The position numbers were made by a program, and so were the translations under genes. From Cycas panzhihuaensis (lineage: Eukaryota; Plantae; Cycadophyta): a stretch of 64,000 nt of DNA. The stretch spans positions 70,749,741 to 70,813,740 of the forward strand of contig CM041465.1 of assembly GCA_023213395.1 (NCBI GenBank), written 5' to 3'. Below the pieces are notes generated by a model. It saw only the letters and a list, made by a program, of their open reading frames with translations. It was not told where the DNA came from and ran no database searches. Positions 27,201 through 41,661 of this stretch are shown piece by piece; the stretch's first letter is position 1; each line of letters opens with the position of its first letter.

Positions 27201-29219
27201 TAATGGCTCTTGTCTTTAAGACTTATGAGCCTTCTACATTTAAGGAGGTAGTCAAAGACCAAATATGGAAAGTTATAATAGATGAAGAGATAAACTCTAT
27301 TCTTAAGAATAACATGCGAGGGCTAGTAGAACTACCACCTGGAAAGAAGTTAAGTAATTATAGATGGCTTTACAAGATAAAATTTTATATCAATTGCACC
27401 ATTGAACATCACAAATCGTGCCTAGTTATAAGAGGTTTTAAACAACAAGAGGGGATTGACTATGATGAAACCTTTGGACTAGTTTCTAACATGACCATAT
27501 TTCATTCAGTTATGTCACTTATAGCTCAATTCAACTGGCCTATGTACCAAATGGATGTGAAGAGTGCTTTCTTGAATGGGGAGCTTATAGAAGTGATTTC
27601 CTTAAAGCAACCTCCCAGCTATGCTGGTCCTAAAAAAGAACCTAGTCTACAAGCTTAATAAATCCTTATATAGATTGAAGTAGGCACCACATGCTTGGTA
27701 TACTAAGATTGATGACTTTTTCATATAGCATGGATTCACTCATTCACCCTCTAATTTAGACTTATATATTCAAATTAGAGGAAACTTGATCACTATCAAA
27801 GTGCTCTATGTAGATGATTTAGCTATAACTGGAAATGATGATAAAGGAATAGCTTGTCTCTAATATGAATTTAAAATCAACTATAAGATGATAGATCTTG
27901 GGTTGCTACAATATTTCTCTAGTATTAAAGTTTGGTAGAAAACTATCCATGTATTCTTATCATAATCCAAGTACTCAAATGAACTATTATAGTAGTTTAG
28001 AATGGGTAACTACAAACCTTCACTAATACCAATAGAAATAGGAACTAAGCTAAATTTGGATGAACAAGGAAAACCCTTTAATCTTACCTTATACTAAAAA
28101 TTGGTTAGAATCTTGATTTACCTCACTCACACTCGACTAGACATCTATTATGCGTTCAAATCTATTCTAGGTATATGTCCTAGCCGAAAGCATCTCATTA
28201 GAAGGATGCCATTAGAATCTTTAAATATATCTATGTCATATCTCAATTTGATCTTGATTACAACTAAGTTGATAATCCTATTCTAAAAGGATTTTCAGAT
28301 ATTAATTGGGTTAGTTTTCAAGACTCACATCACTCAACCTCTAGATATTACTTTAACAGAAACTCAACTATCATTTCTTGGAGCTGTAAGAAATAATCAA
28401 GTGTTTCCCTCTCCTCTATGGAAGTGGAATATAAAGTAGCTATTCATACCACCATAGAGTTAATTTGGATATGTAGGATTCTTATTGAACTTAGACTTTA
28501 ACAAACTCATGCCACCACTTTCATTTATAACAATCAAAGTGTATTAAAGATGACCAAGAATCTTATCTTCTATATTTATACCAAACACATAAAGATCAAT
28601 CATCACTTTATTCATGAGAATGTACAAAATGGAGAAGTTAACTTAGTATACTAATCGATTGAAGACCAAGTGCTAGTTATCTTTACCAAAGCACTTAGGA
28701 GACCAAAGTTTAAATGCTTTCAACATGACCTTGATGTCTTGATAAATACAACTATCATTAATGGATGGTTTTAAAATAACTAATGACACCTCTTTGTAAT
28801 ATATTTACGATATGTTATTATACATTATATATCTTTGTAATATTATTATATATCATATGTAATATTGGGTTTAAATCCTTATTTATAATTCAAATATAAT
28901 TATAATATAGTCAGGCCTACCCAATTATTAAAAAATAGACCAATAATATTAGCCTCTTATATTAGGCAATCAAATTTCTATATTCATATTTCAAGCGATT
29001 ATAAATTAAGCATGATCCCTCTCATTTATATGATGAATTTTGGTGTATGTAAAAGATCTACAAAAATTTATATATCTTAGTGTAATCAATTTACCTATCA
29101 TACTTATTTACAAGATATTTGCATATATTTGATATATTTATTTGTGTTTCCTACTTTCAGTTTAATGTATATGCACACACATTTGTAATAGTAATCTTAT
29201 TAATCAATTTGGTAGTATC

Positions 29220-29699
29220 TATCATTCATAGCACAAGTATATCAATTAATTATAATAAATTAATCATATCATAAGGATTATATATACAAATCATATAATG
29301 TATGATCGACATATTAAGTAATATCATAAATATAAAGTAATGAGTATCTTCATAATAAATAATGAGTATACATTACAAAAGATAATAGATTTATATGTGG
29401 AAAACTTAAGATGTTAAAAATCATATGAGAAGGTTGGATTCAGTAGCTCCAATTTATTATATCTTCAAATGATTACATCTCTAAACTTGATCCTTTCTCA
29501 AGTGATACATATAGATATTTATAAATTATGTCACCTCATGAATAGCCTATAATACCTTTGGGTCTTTTTATCAGCTAATAAGATGTATATATGAATATGT
29601 GTGCATGCCACATCTATTAATACTTTTGTATGTGAGGTTGTATGAGACTAGACCTTATAATAAACATTACATATATGAGAATAATCATATATTTCAATA
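29220..29699 (-). mobile_element. Main part of LTR G (host of element B)
   Basis: LTR-like minus-strand start TATTGAAATATATG. Internal GATTTATATGTGGAAAAC motif as in the other copia LTRs here. Joins 852-895 through B's TSD. Confidence 0.55.
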
Positions 29700-29799
29700 T
29701 ATTTATGCAATATATTTCTACTGTAGGTATAATCTAATATATTCCATATATATATTAGCATCTTAACAAAGACAAGATTATTTAAAGGGAGAATAAATT

Positions 29800-30729
29800 T
29801 TGAAATAATATATTTTAGTTTTTATATAAATTAAAAATAAGTAGGAAGGATTCTTGTATAACTATAACTAAAATTATTATATAGAAGTCATTGATTTACT
29901 TCAAGTCATACTATTGTAGAATCTAAATTCTTGGCTTACTATGAGAAAATTGCATATAATAATAAATGTAATGAGATTACAATAATTTGAGATGACCTAA
30001 TTTTTTACAGAGATAAAGCAGAAATAGTTGGGGGCATCTTAAAGCTAAGACGGGGAGAAATGCAACATACCAAAATTTCTACAATGTAAAGAAGAAAAAA
30101 ATAAAAAATACCCTTTTATAAAAAATATAAAAGAAAATGTATAAAAATATTATTCAAGTATAGTTAATTAAGTGAAAAGTTATGATTAATTAAGGAAAGG
30201 TTATACCATATCTATTATGGGTTGATTGTGTACTATTTATAAATAATGTAAAAGGAAGAGGGAGGAGAACATGCTTTAGGATCCTAAAGTCTTGGTTGAG
30301 TTCCTAGTTGAGGGGATTATAAAGTCACAATTGGATTCCTAGAGAGATATTTGAGGATATAAGGAGTTTGATTTCTATATGGTTTACCAAATCCAATGTT
30401 ACTAAAGGTTGAAATAATCTAGTTTAGGCACAAGTTTTTTGAACCTCCATTAGGCATGCCTCACTCAATTAATAATAATTGCTTATTATTTTTAGATATA
30501 TATTGAGTTGTGTATTAAAGAAATAATTATTTTATTGAAAGAACTATAATGTATTATATGCAAATTAATTTTCTTTATATTCTTTTCTTATCTCTTATAC
30601 TTAGAAAATTAAAGACAAAATAAGATATGAAAAGGAAAATACATATATTTATCTCTCTATTATTATTTCTTTATAATATAAATAATAAATATACATGGTA
30701 CTATTTATAAAAATTGGTTGGGGATATAA
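29800..30729 (+). mobile_element. 3' end of a gypsy (chromovirus-like) element M: PPT and LTR
   Basis: PPT GGGGAGAAA, then TGCAACATACCAAAATTTC at 30061. Ends GGTTGGGGATATAA, resembling eroded TGTAACA...GGGGTATTACA termini. Confidence 0.45.
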
Positions 30730-30924
30730 GCTCATCATATTTCTAATGGATTTACCTTAAATCTCAACACCATACTAACTATAAAGGATATATTAGGCCT
30801 AGTTATAATCAAATAGATCAAGCTATCAACTAGTTGCCTATATAATAAGCCATATATCTAGTCTCTAACATCTAGATCTTTTAATTTTAAACTTATCTTC
30901 ATGAGATTTGAGACAAGTCTATAG

Positions 30925-33900
30925 TGAAACAAGTTAATGCCACAAGGTCATTACATTAGTTTATTATTCCTAAAAGGGCATTAAGTGAACTTTAAATTAG
31001 ATCACTTAAGTGAAATGAACTTTCATGTGCATTATGTGTAATTTCATCTTGTTAGGAAAAACCCTAATCCTAATGCACTCCCTTATCAATATAAAGTAAA
31101 ATTCAATGAAGGAGGCTCATTGTTACCTTCCCATTTTGTGAGAGCTACTCTTTTTCTCTCAAGTCTCTCTTGCTCCAATGTTCAACTTTGTGTATAGTAT
31201 ATAGAGATAAATACTAGATCTACTTCTTTCATGTGGTATCAGAGCTAAATTACATTTTAGTCCTCACTTGCACTTGCAATGGAGCCATCACTTCCTTCTC
31301 GCCCATAATCCATATAGTGAATCAAAATTGTCTAAGTGGATTTAGAAAAATTTCTAAGTTTTCATCATCATACATTTAGTATTATTTGCTTTTCCTCCTT
31401 TCTCTTTTATAGGTTTTGGGAGCACAATATAAGGAATTATAAGGCTCAATGATTCCAATCCTTTGGTAGCCATTCCTTCTTTCCTTTCCCCTCTTTTTGT
31501 CTATTTAATAAGGGGAAAGGTTGTCAAAAAATTTCAAGCATTTAGATTTATAAAGGAAAATATTTGTAAGGGGAGGTGTTGCCCATTTAAAAAAAAAAAA
31601 ATAGAGCCATTTATAATATCCATCATCGTATACTTTCACCTTGCCTATATCGAGATCTTAGTGACAAAAAAATGATAGAAATTTCATTTATTGACTAGAT
31701 ATTTGTAAGTTAGATTTTTTACATAAGTAAAAATATGTTTATTCAAATTTACAGGTCTACCAAAAATTTCACAGAGCTCCAATTAAATTGAATCTAATTA
31801 TTAAGATGTAGCTCTAAGTCTAGTTTTCAACGCAAAAAATAATACTCAATTTCATTGTCATAGGAGAAAGTTATTAATATTTTAGTGAATAATGGTTATT
31901 TTCAACAAAAAATTTGTAAAAATATATCTTGTCCACTTTATAGGGATGCCAAAAATTCTATAGAACTTATTTTATCCTAATTCTAATTTTTAAATATGTG
32001 AATCTGAGTCTAGTTTCTAGCATAAAAAGTAACACTCAATTTTGTTACAGTGGAAGAAAGTTATTATTATTTTAGTGAAGACTTTTTTTTTTTTAATAAT
32101 TAAAAAAAAAAAAAAAAAAATTCATTTTTTAAGGCTTTAAATCCCACTGTAAAAGTGAGTGAAAAATACCTAGATTGGAATAATATCTAATCCTCTCACC
32201 TCACTTCTTAGCATTTTATTTCAGCACTCTAAGCAAACACTCTATTTTCAGTTATATATATGTTTGATACAAATATGATAATCTTTTCACTCTCCCTAAA
32301 AGGAACATATTGATTATGTCATTTTCTATCATCTTGTACTTGTACACATACTCACCAAGGTTGAGATACTGTGGTTTATAGAATATCATGCCATAAAAAT
32401 GGTTTGAGTTTCAAGTTAGAACTAGATTTAACCAGAATATTGGTGAGACTTGATTAACCATATCATTGTGCCTCAATAAGGGATCATCCTGATAACTAAC
32501 TATGAAAACTAAAAACTTAATATAAGATTAAAATGTACCTAGTTCAATATCCATTATAGTCATGGGTATGTATATGCCACTCTTTGGAGAAGGTCTATAG
32601 TTACTCATTGGTAAATGAGATAAGGATTGGGAGTACCTAGGCTCTATTATAACTTAGATTTTACTACTAAGCATAATTGTGGGTATCATAGGTGAAAGCC
32701 AACTTAATTTCACTACAAGCTTAGACATCCCTTCAGTAACCTCAACTACATATTAGACATAAGTTAGAGGTTATTTGGTTGATTATGCATCTTACATTTG
32801 AGTTTTAGAGTTATATACACCCAATGATGTTAGTTTTTACATTGGCTTATAATTTTATATATTGATCACTTACATATTTGCAAATAGTGATCCATAGTAT
32901 AATCACATTCATAGTGTTACATTCTTTCTACATTAAGATAATTCTACTATAAGTGTTAGTGGCCAATTTTTATCATAGTATTTTTCATATTCCTACTATG
33001 CTAGGTTAATATTTATCATAAGTGTTGGTAACTTTTCTCTAAGTTGCTCTTTTTATCTTTGAGCAACCATTCTCACTTCTTTATTCTTCCTTCTACTACA
33101 CTACTTCATTGCATCTCCCATTGATAAACAATGATTTGTCATTTATTGCCATCACTTTCATAGTCCCTTATTTATTCCTTCCATTTTCAAAAGATACCAT
33201 ATCTTCATAGTTTAAGCAAAATGTGAATTACATTCTTAAAAGAAAAGAAAATTTGGATATGTGGTTCATTGGTGTTAGAAATACTCCAAAATATGAAGGT
33301 CTTTGAAGAGATCACCTATAACTTACACCAATTTTTACTGTCATTACTACTACACCTACCTCTAGAGGAACTCTGACTCCTCCCACTGATACTATAGTTA
33401 AACACTAATGGGAACTTGATGACGATAAAATCTATGTAGGGATACTTCTTATAATTGTTTATTCCCTAGATAACCTTATTGATAAAGTCATACATAATAC
33501 AACATAGAAAGTCTTTGAAGTTTTGAAGAGGAACTTTAAGATTAAATCAGACTTGGAATTTATTCACCTAGTGTTAAAGATGAATAAATTAAAAATGTAG
33601 AAAGGACACGTAAGTGAGATAATCAATCTTTTTCGTCTTATCAAGCAAGCGATCGATAAAAACTTCAAGACTCAATGCATTACATAAGCTTTCTTATTTT
33701 AGTCATATCTTCATATCCCAAACTACAAAGATTTACTAGGAAGTCTTCAATCTAGTAGCACCTTAAAGACCTTAAACTTTAAGGATCTTATTGATAAGTT
33801 CATCAAATTTGATTAGACCTTTGATACCAACTTTTCCACTACATCAAATTTTATCGATGTTGCTTTTGAAGTGGAAGAAGATATTTTTTATACAAAAAAT

Positions 33901-34860
33901 CAAGGTTAACCCTCTTGCAAAGGTGGTAATTCTTATGAAAAGGGAAGAAATAGATAACAAGAACAACATCCTCATGGACAACAGGTTCCCCAACACCTAA
34001 AAAAATAGTCTCAAGGCCAAGGCTAAAATAATCAACCTAGACCTAAATCTAATAATAAAAGATAATCCAGCCAACCCAAAAATTCTTATGGAATTGGAAA
34101 TCAAATAATTATGTGTGAAAGGTATCACAGAAAACGACACTATGCCAAATATTATAAAACTAGCACTAATAAGCTACCAAAATATTAATAGTGCCATGGT
34201 ATACATAATGTTGATAATACTACTTTCGAAGATGCTTTTGGCATAACGTAATTTGCTTATGCATACCTTCAAAGAATTATGGCCACTTCATCAAATGATA
34301 TTGATAAATCCACTTAGTATATTGAGGGTCATTGTGGTTATACTTATTTATTGTTTCCTCCACCACTTGGAGTTGCCAATAATGCCACCTTAAATACTTC
34401 ATCTTAGATCGTGGATATTAGAGTAACACAACATATGACTTGCCATCACTAGTTCTTTCAAGATTTCAACTATGAAGTTCATGGTGTTATATAAATGACT
34501 AAAAAATTATCTCAGTAAGTCAATGGACTTGGAACCATTTGCCTAAAACTCCTAGGCCTTTTAGATTTTACCCTTGTTGATGTTTTATATATTTCAACTT
34601 TAAAGCAAAACCTACTATCCCTATCCACCCTTGTCTCTCATGTATTTGATTTGAGTGTAACTATAAATAATCAGATTCTCTATGTCATTCACCCTCCTTC
34701 AAATACTATGGTTATGACTAAAATTCTTGATAGAAAACTTTTTTGCCTAACTAGCTCACCATCCTCTAAAGCCAACTGTGTTGATGATGACTTTATTTTT
34801 ATCGCAACTTTAACCTCCTATTCCTCTAATGTTTCAAGTAAGAGTTGATACGCTCAAACT
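30925..34860 (+). mobile_element. Copia element J, 3'-truncated (LTR, PBS, leader, gag, protease)
   Basis: LTR 30925-31231, related to the D LTR. Perfect PBS TGGTATCAGAGC at 31234-31245. Eroded zinc knuckle at ~34114. Protease relic *IVDIRVTQHMT at 34404. Stops before the integrase. Confidence 0.8.
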
Positions 34861-35078
34861 ATCCATTAAGTAAGTTAAGAATCAAAACATTCATCCAACC
34901 AACTGAACAGAGTTTAATTGCATTGAGAAAGATCCTCAAGGGGGAGGATTTTATTCGAGAATAACACCCCATTTAAGAATGGATGTCAGAATCATTTCCC
35001 ATTTGTGTCCAAGATGAGAATAGGTGTTGATGTGCCCTCCACAAAAATGACATCAATGGAAGCCAATGGCCTCTCAGG

Positions 35079-36594
35079 AAGTGAGTTGTTCTATATACCA
35101 AAAGATGGAAAAATCAAAGCAAGACAAAGTTGACTAGTTAACTACTCTAAGTGTTGAATATATAATTTCTATCTCTTCTCATGTTAATCCATTATCACAT
35201 TAAACCCTTAATTATTTTTTATACTAAATAATTAATAATAAATAATTATTAAAAATATTAAATAATTACTAGTATATAATTTATAAGAAATATATAATAG
35301 TAAATAATTAATACTAAAAATACATAATAAATATTAATTTTTTAAATTAATTTATAATCAAAATGAAATAAATTATTCATTTTAATTACTATTATTAATT
35401 ATTTTTATATTTCATTTATTTTTTAATTAATTTCATTCTACCAATTTATGACTAAGAGCAAACATTAATTCTTTACACCTATAATCACCCTCCTACAAGA
35501 AAATATATATACATACTGAAAAACCCAAAAAATAATAAAGCAATCACATGAGTGGTTGTCGCTAATTACTTATTAATTATTAATAAAAAAATATATATAC
35601 ACACAAAAAAGGTTGACCAAAGGCGCGCCCACGTAACGTGGGGTCAATTGTTTTATGACCATGGAATTCAACGTCGTCTCCCTCACGTCACTCCCTTCTG
35701 TGTCCTCCCCCGAAACTTCATTACCCAGCACTTTCGTATAACCCCATTCCGCGTTATTCTGCAATATTTGTTTTGAGTGACTGTGATTCACAACAACTAT
35801 GCTTCCCCTCCCCTCTCCGGATTGAGAGACAGCTTCTCGTTTATCATCCACCTCCCTCCACGTCTCGCCCACGGATCCACTTCTCTATCATCTTCTCCAC
35901 GCTCTCCCTCTCCCTCTCCCTCACAATTTCCCATGTAGACTCTTCCTATGAGTATTACCCCCAGAATACCAGCTGTGGTGATACAAATATCTCATATCCT
36001 TTTGGAGTTATAGGGAAGTATAGATGCGGTCACCCATAATTTTAGGTGTATTGTGTCGACAATGTTCCACTACTTCCTATCGGTGGAAATAACTACTGAC
36101 ATCTGATGGCCCAAGCAATTGGGGTTTCCTTCCCATGGGCCCATTACAATGGTCAAGGATGTGGGCGGCGAAGGAGATTGCAACCCATCGGATTATTTCA
36201 CTGACCTCTCGAACACCACTGCCTTTACAATTTCTAACCAATATGCCAAGAACATAACCTTTTTCAGCCTCTGCGATTCCTTAGCAAATTGGTCCTCATT
36301 TTCCAAATTATCTTGCAATAGCAGTTGGTACTACTTTTTGGATCCATTGGAGGGTTTGGGTGAGTCAGGGTGTAAAATACATGGCCAAGTGCCTATTAAC
36401 AGGAGTTTAACGAGCCATTTGCCCAGCGATTTACTTTCCCAGCTACGACGGGGATTTGAAGTAATGTTGAATTTTGATGAAAATCAAAGTTGTAAGGAAT
36501 GTTATTCGAGCGGAGGAACATGCGGTTACAACCCTTCGAGTGGCGATGAATTTATTTGCTATTGCGAGGATGGCGCAAATTCGAAGAAATGCTC
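35079..36594 (+). pseudogene. Duplicated promoter plus ectodomain exon 1 of the LRK10L kinase, pseudogenised
   Basis: Colinear with 57101-58630. Start codon reads ACG. TAA at 36037, frameshift at ~36100, no splice donor and no kinase exons. Confidence 0.93.
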
Positions 36595-36612
36595 CCCTCT
36601 CCGGATTGAGAG

Positions 36613-37720
36613 AGGGGCCTTAGAAATGGAAGATTGACCACCATTTTCTAAACCTAAATGAGTAATATAGGCCATCCTTTATTCTATAAGACACTATCAG
36701 TCAAAGAGAGTGAATCATAAAGAATAGGAGGATTAAAACCAAGATAAAAGCAAGCATAAAGGGGGATAATTTAATACTAAAAAGTAAAGAAACAAAGCCT
36801 TAAATGAAGGATGAAAATCCTTGCAATATAGGAGATGTTTTTCTTATTTTGAGTGAAGGAGAGACATTAGTGACAATCTACTCTAGTCAAAGAGTGATCA
36901 AATAATATCAAGTGTTTAAGCCTTGAGCCAAGAGTGGAAGTCAACTAATCAAATTTAAAAGATATGAGGTTTCTACATAGATTTTAATAGCATAATAGTT
37001 CAAAAATTGACCTCCCCTTTCTAATGAAAGGTGGGGGGGGGGGGGGTATAAATAGAAAGATGAAGGGGCTAAGGCCCATGGCTTTGGACTCATAGGTTAG
37101 AGGAATACCATGGGCTAATTACCCATGGTTTTAGGAAAAATTAATGCTAGAGGTATTAATTAGCCATGGTTTTAAAACCAAACTCATGGGAAGCCTATGG
37201 TTTTAATGGGAAAAGGAAGTTGGTGCAGTAGGTAGGCACCATAAATGCATGGCCTCCCATAGGCCAAAAAAAATTGAAGTCAAAGAATTAGTACCACATA
37301 GTTCTTTATAGTATTATAGTAAATTTTATGGTAGGCTACAAATAGGATTTTTGCAAAAGCAAAATAAAAAACCAAAGTAAGATTATAACAATCATGATGA
37401 TCAAAATAAGAAAAACATTAAAAAATAAAAGCTTTTAATGAAAAAAGGTCCAAACAAGAAGGTAAGATATATTAATGCTATACACGAAAGGAAGAGAAGG
37501 ATGGCACATGTCTCGTAGAGGTACTAAGAGGCCTTTCTTTAACTCATTAAGCTTAATTGGATAATCATAAAGCCACCAACCATGGTCATAATTATTATTG
37601 ACTAAAAATAAACACATTCATGTAACAAACCAACAAGAGAATAAGAGCATGTACATGTAAACAAACTAAGGTAAGCTAATCTAAACTAATCTAGAAAGTA
37701 ATAAGTATATATCTTCACTT
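36613..37720 (-). mobile_element. Gypsy-like LTR or 3' non-coding repeat sequence
   Basis: Abrupt switch to repeat-like DNA with a G-run and TATAAATAG at ~37035 and CCATGG repeats. Termini not defined. Confidence 0.35.
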
Positions 37721-40700
37721 AATTATTAGTGTAATGGCTATGAAGCTCCTAGATTGCAAGAAATAGCTCCGATTGATCCTTTACTTCTCTCTACATTTGT
37801 GGAGATAGTTAAATCTTTGCATCCTCTATGATGGGTGATCATTTTAATCTATCTACATCCTCTTAGAGGAAGGATCCATAACATCTCCTTACATCCATTA
37901 GGATGATATTGTCTATCTTTCAACTATTAGTATATATGTTATACATAACTTAAAAGGCTAGTTTATTTCTTGTAGTAATCAAGTCATTACAATTTTCTCT
38001 ACCTCTAACTTATAAGAACATTGTTACTGTTGGAGAGAGGGATTATTTTCTATTTGTAATATTTTCATTTTGTAACAGGAAAGTTATAACAAATAAATAA
38101 CAATTTACATTTTATCTAAAAAAGTACAAATAAACCATGTACATGACACAGAGATTGGACAGGTGGAAAAACCCCCTAATGGGGATAAAAAAACCACCTC
38201 AAAATAGATATATTTATTAATTAATAAGTAAGAAAATGTTACATAGTTTAGGAGGATCTCATCCTATATCTCTAATATAGACAGGTATTCCAGCCTTCTA
38301 TAATCATAACTAGCATTATTGTAAACTAACAAATCTAACCATTCTAACTACCTCATGATCATTTAGACTAGTATTTCATCCATTATTACCAATTAGGACC
38401 ATCTTCCTAGAATCTAAGAAGAGATAAATAGATGGAGAGGTTTATTGAAAAGATAACTACATTTTTTCAATGAACCTTATAATAATAAGATTATTTAATA
38501 AAGTAATATAAAAGGTAATATTAGATATAATAATATTCTAACACCCCCCTTTAATATTATCTTTTATACAATATATAATAGATAAGAAGAAGTAAGAAGA
38601 GAAGATAAAGATGAAGAAGGCTTTAGCATGTTGATCCCCTTTAAAGAGGACTTTTTAAATCTTCAATAATTCTCTAAGCTTTAAGAACTTTACTTCAATC
38701 AATGGCTTTGTGAGAATATTTGCAATCTGTAAGTCTATAGGATAATAAGACAAGTAAATAATATCATCATTTACAAGATTACATATAAAGTGTTGATGTA
38801 ATTCTATGTGTTTTATTCTAGAGTGAGCAATAGGATTAGCAGTAATAGAAATCACACTTTGATTATCAACTTTAATTTCAATTAGAGAGTTAGAAAATAA
38901 TTCAAGTTTACTTAATAGAGATTTAAGCTAGAGTGATTCTTTACTAGCTTCAAGTACTCAATATTCAGCTTTAGTTATGGATAGGGTTAATGCTTATATT
39001 TTCTTGCTAGACTAAGTAATTTGTGGAGTTTAAAAAGAAAATGTAACTTATTGTTGACTTGCAATCATTTGAGTCTCCTACCCAGTTTGAAGAGTCTATT
39101 AATTTTAGGTTGGTACGACATGAATGATAGGTTAGGTTATGGAATATTATACCTTGTAGGTATCTTAAAATTTATTTTATAGCTTTCTAGTGAGACACAT
39201 GAGGTTTCTGCATGCATCTAGAGCAAAAAGCTACAGCATATAAGATGTCTGGGTAGGTATGTATTAGGTAGATTGAACTACGTATAAGTTGGTGATAAGT
39301 GATAGGGTCAAATAGAGGTGTAGGATAATTAATTGATAGTTTAACACCTGATTGTAAAAGATTTGAGACTGGTTTAGCATTTTCCATATTAAACATTTTA
39401 ATCAAATCAAGTGTATGCTTAGGTTATGAAATGGTTATCTTTGAATTAGCTTGATAAATTTGCAAACATAAGAAATAATGTAAAAGACCTAAGTTGGTCA
39501 TTTCAAATTTATCCATTAAGATAGTTTTTAATTGATGAATGTTTGAAATTGAAGATTTAGTTATAATTATATCATCTACATAAAGAATTAAGATAGTAAT
39601 ATTCTTCTTTTCTTATTCGAAGTAGAGATTGGGATTATTAATGCACTTAGTATATCCATTTTGTGTAAGGTAGTCATCTATCTTTATATACCAAGCTCGA
39701 GAAGCTTGTTTTAAACCATATAAAGATTTTTTTAACTTACAAACAAGACTAGGATTATCTATGAAACTAGGTGGTTGTTTCATATAGATTTCTTCTTTGA
39801 GATTGCCATTTAAAAAGGTGCTTTTAGCATCCATTTGATGAATTTGCCAGCCAAATTTGGCTGCTAAAGCTAGGATAGTTTCAATAGTATTCATTTTAGC
39901 TACAAGAGCAAAGGTTTCAGTATAATCAATACCATTAATTTAAGAGAAACCTTTGGCTACTAGTTGAGCCTTATATTTTTCACTAGGGGGAAGGGTAACT
40001 AAGTCCCAAATTGAATTCTTTTTAAGTGCATCAAATTCAGCTTGCATGGCTTATTGCCATATTATTTATTTCCTTGGAGGTTTTTAGATCATCTATGGCT
40101 ATAACTTTGGCCATTAGTATAAGAACGAGTTTTCCTAGTATCTGATGGATTTCTAGCATCAGATCTAATATCAAAGAGAGTCTTTTATACCCATACTAGT
40201 TGTTTATTCCTTGTAGAAGTAAAGGTGGAGGGTTAATTAGACAAATTTGATTGATTAATCAGATTTGATATAGAAGGTTCAATTAATGTCTAATTCTAAA
40301 CTTGATTAGACAGGGATTCTATTGATTTAGGATCAACTTGTTTATCAAAAGGGTCTGATAAACAAGTGTTAGTTAACAAACTATCAACAGGAAGTTCTAT
40401 ATAAGTGGTATTTGATGAAGATTCCTCTTCATAAAATACAACATCATGCATAATCGAAATCTTGTGTGGGATTGGATTAAAAGGCCAATAGGCTTTACTT
40501 TCTTTACTGGAGCTAACAAAGATGTATTTAGAACTTTTAGGGTCAAGTTTCTTATGTTTTTCTTTGGGAACATGCCCCTATGTAATGCTTCTAAAGATTT
40601 TAAGATGTTTAATAGAAGGTTTTTAACCAAACCATTTCTATTCTAGTGTAACATTATATAGTGATTTGCTTGGTAATTGATTTAAAAGATAGTTGGAGCA

Positions 40701-41661
40701 GGCTATTACTTCAGCCCACAACTTTAGATCTTACATGTAATATACAATGGGTCATTTCTAAGAGAGTATGATTTTTATGTTCAGAAACACCATTTTGTTG
40801 AGGGCTATATGCGATAGAATGCTAGAATCATATTCTGTACTTTCTGTAGTATGAGGTAAGCTTATCACTTAAGTATTCTTTTACATTATCTGATCTAAAA
40901 ATTTTTATTTTAGAGTTGATTTAATTTTCTACTAATGTTTTAAATTCAACAAAGATGTCAAACACCTAACTTCTTATTTTAAGCATATAAAACCAGTATT
41001 TTCTAGAAAAATCATCGATAAAAGTAACAAAATATTTACGCCAGAGTACGATAATACTTGGAAAGGACTATAAATATTAGAGTGTATAAATTCAAGTGGA
41101 ATTTTTACTCTAAATATAGTCTTATGTAGAAAAGGATCTATGTGTTGCTTGTCTGTTATGCAGGCTTTGCAAATACTATAGATTGTACTTAAGGTGGACA
41201 ATCCATGAACCATATCATACTTGCTTAAGTACTAAAGTTTGCCATAACTTATATGGCCAAACTCAACATGCCATAACATACTGATTGGATTAGATTTAGC
41301 TATGAAGCCATTAAAAACTTTTGCTTTAGAGTGTTAAAAACTTGTTAGATTATAGAGACATATTTTATGATCTATAGGTCCTGAAGCAATTATTTTTAAT
41401 TTGTTTAAAGGTTGTTTGGTAACAAATCTATCTTTCTAGAATTTGACAATAAGATCTTTCTAGCAGATTTGATAAATTGAAAGAAGATTTAGTAATAATC
41501 TAGGAATGAAAAATACGTCTTTAATAGAACCGTCTTTCAAAGAAACATATCATGTTCCTTTGATTTTCAGTTGTGAGCCACTTTTGAATGAGATTTCCTC
41601 ATTGGAATTAAGGTTAGAATGATAGGATAATAAGTATTCTTGGTATCTCATCATATGATGG

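Noticed and set aside
31234-31245. tRNA gene
   Set aside because: Only the 12-nt primer-binding complement of tRNA-iMet. No tRNA or rRNA genes were seen in the window.
32311-32905. Possible solo LTR (TGATTAT...ATAATCA) in the leader of J
   Set aside because: Flanks match only 3/5 and there is no second copy in the window.
36119-36637. 172-aa ORF as a functional secreted WAK-like protein
   Set aside because: TTG start, signal peptide disconnected by a stop and frameshift, and the tail is filler DNA.
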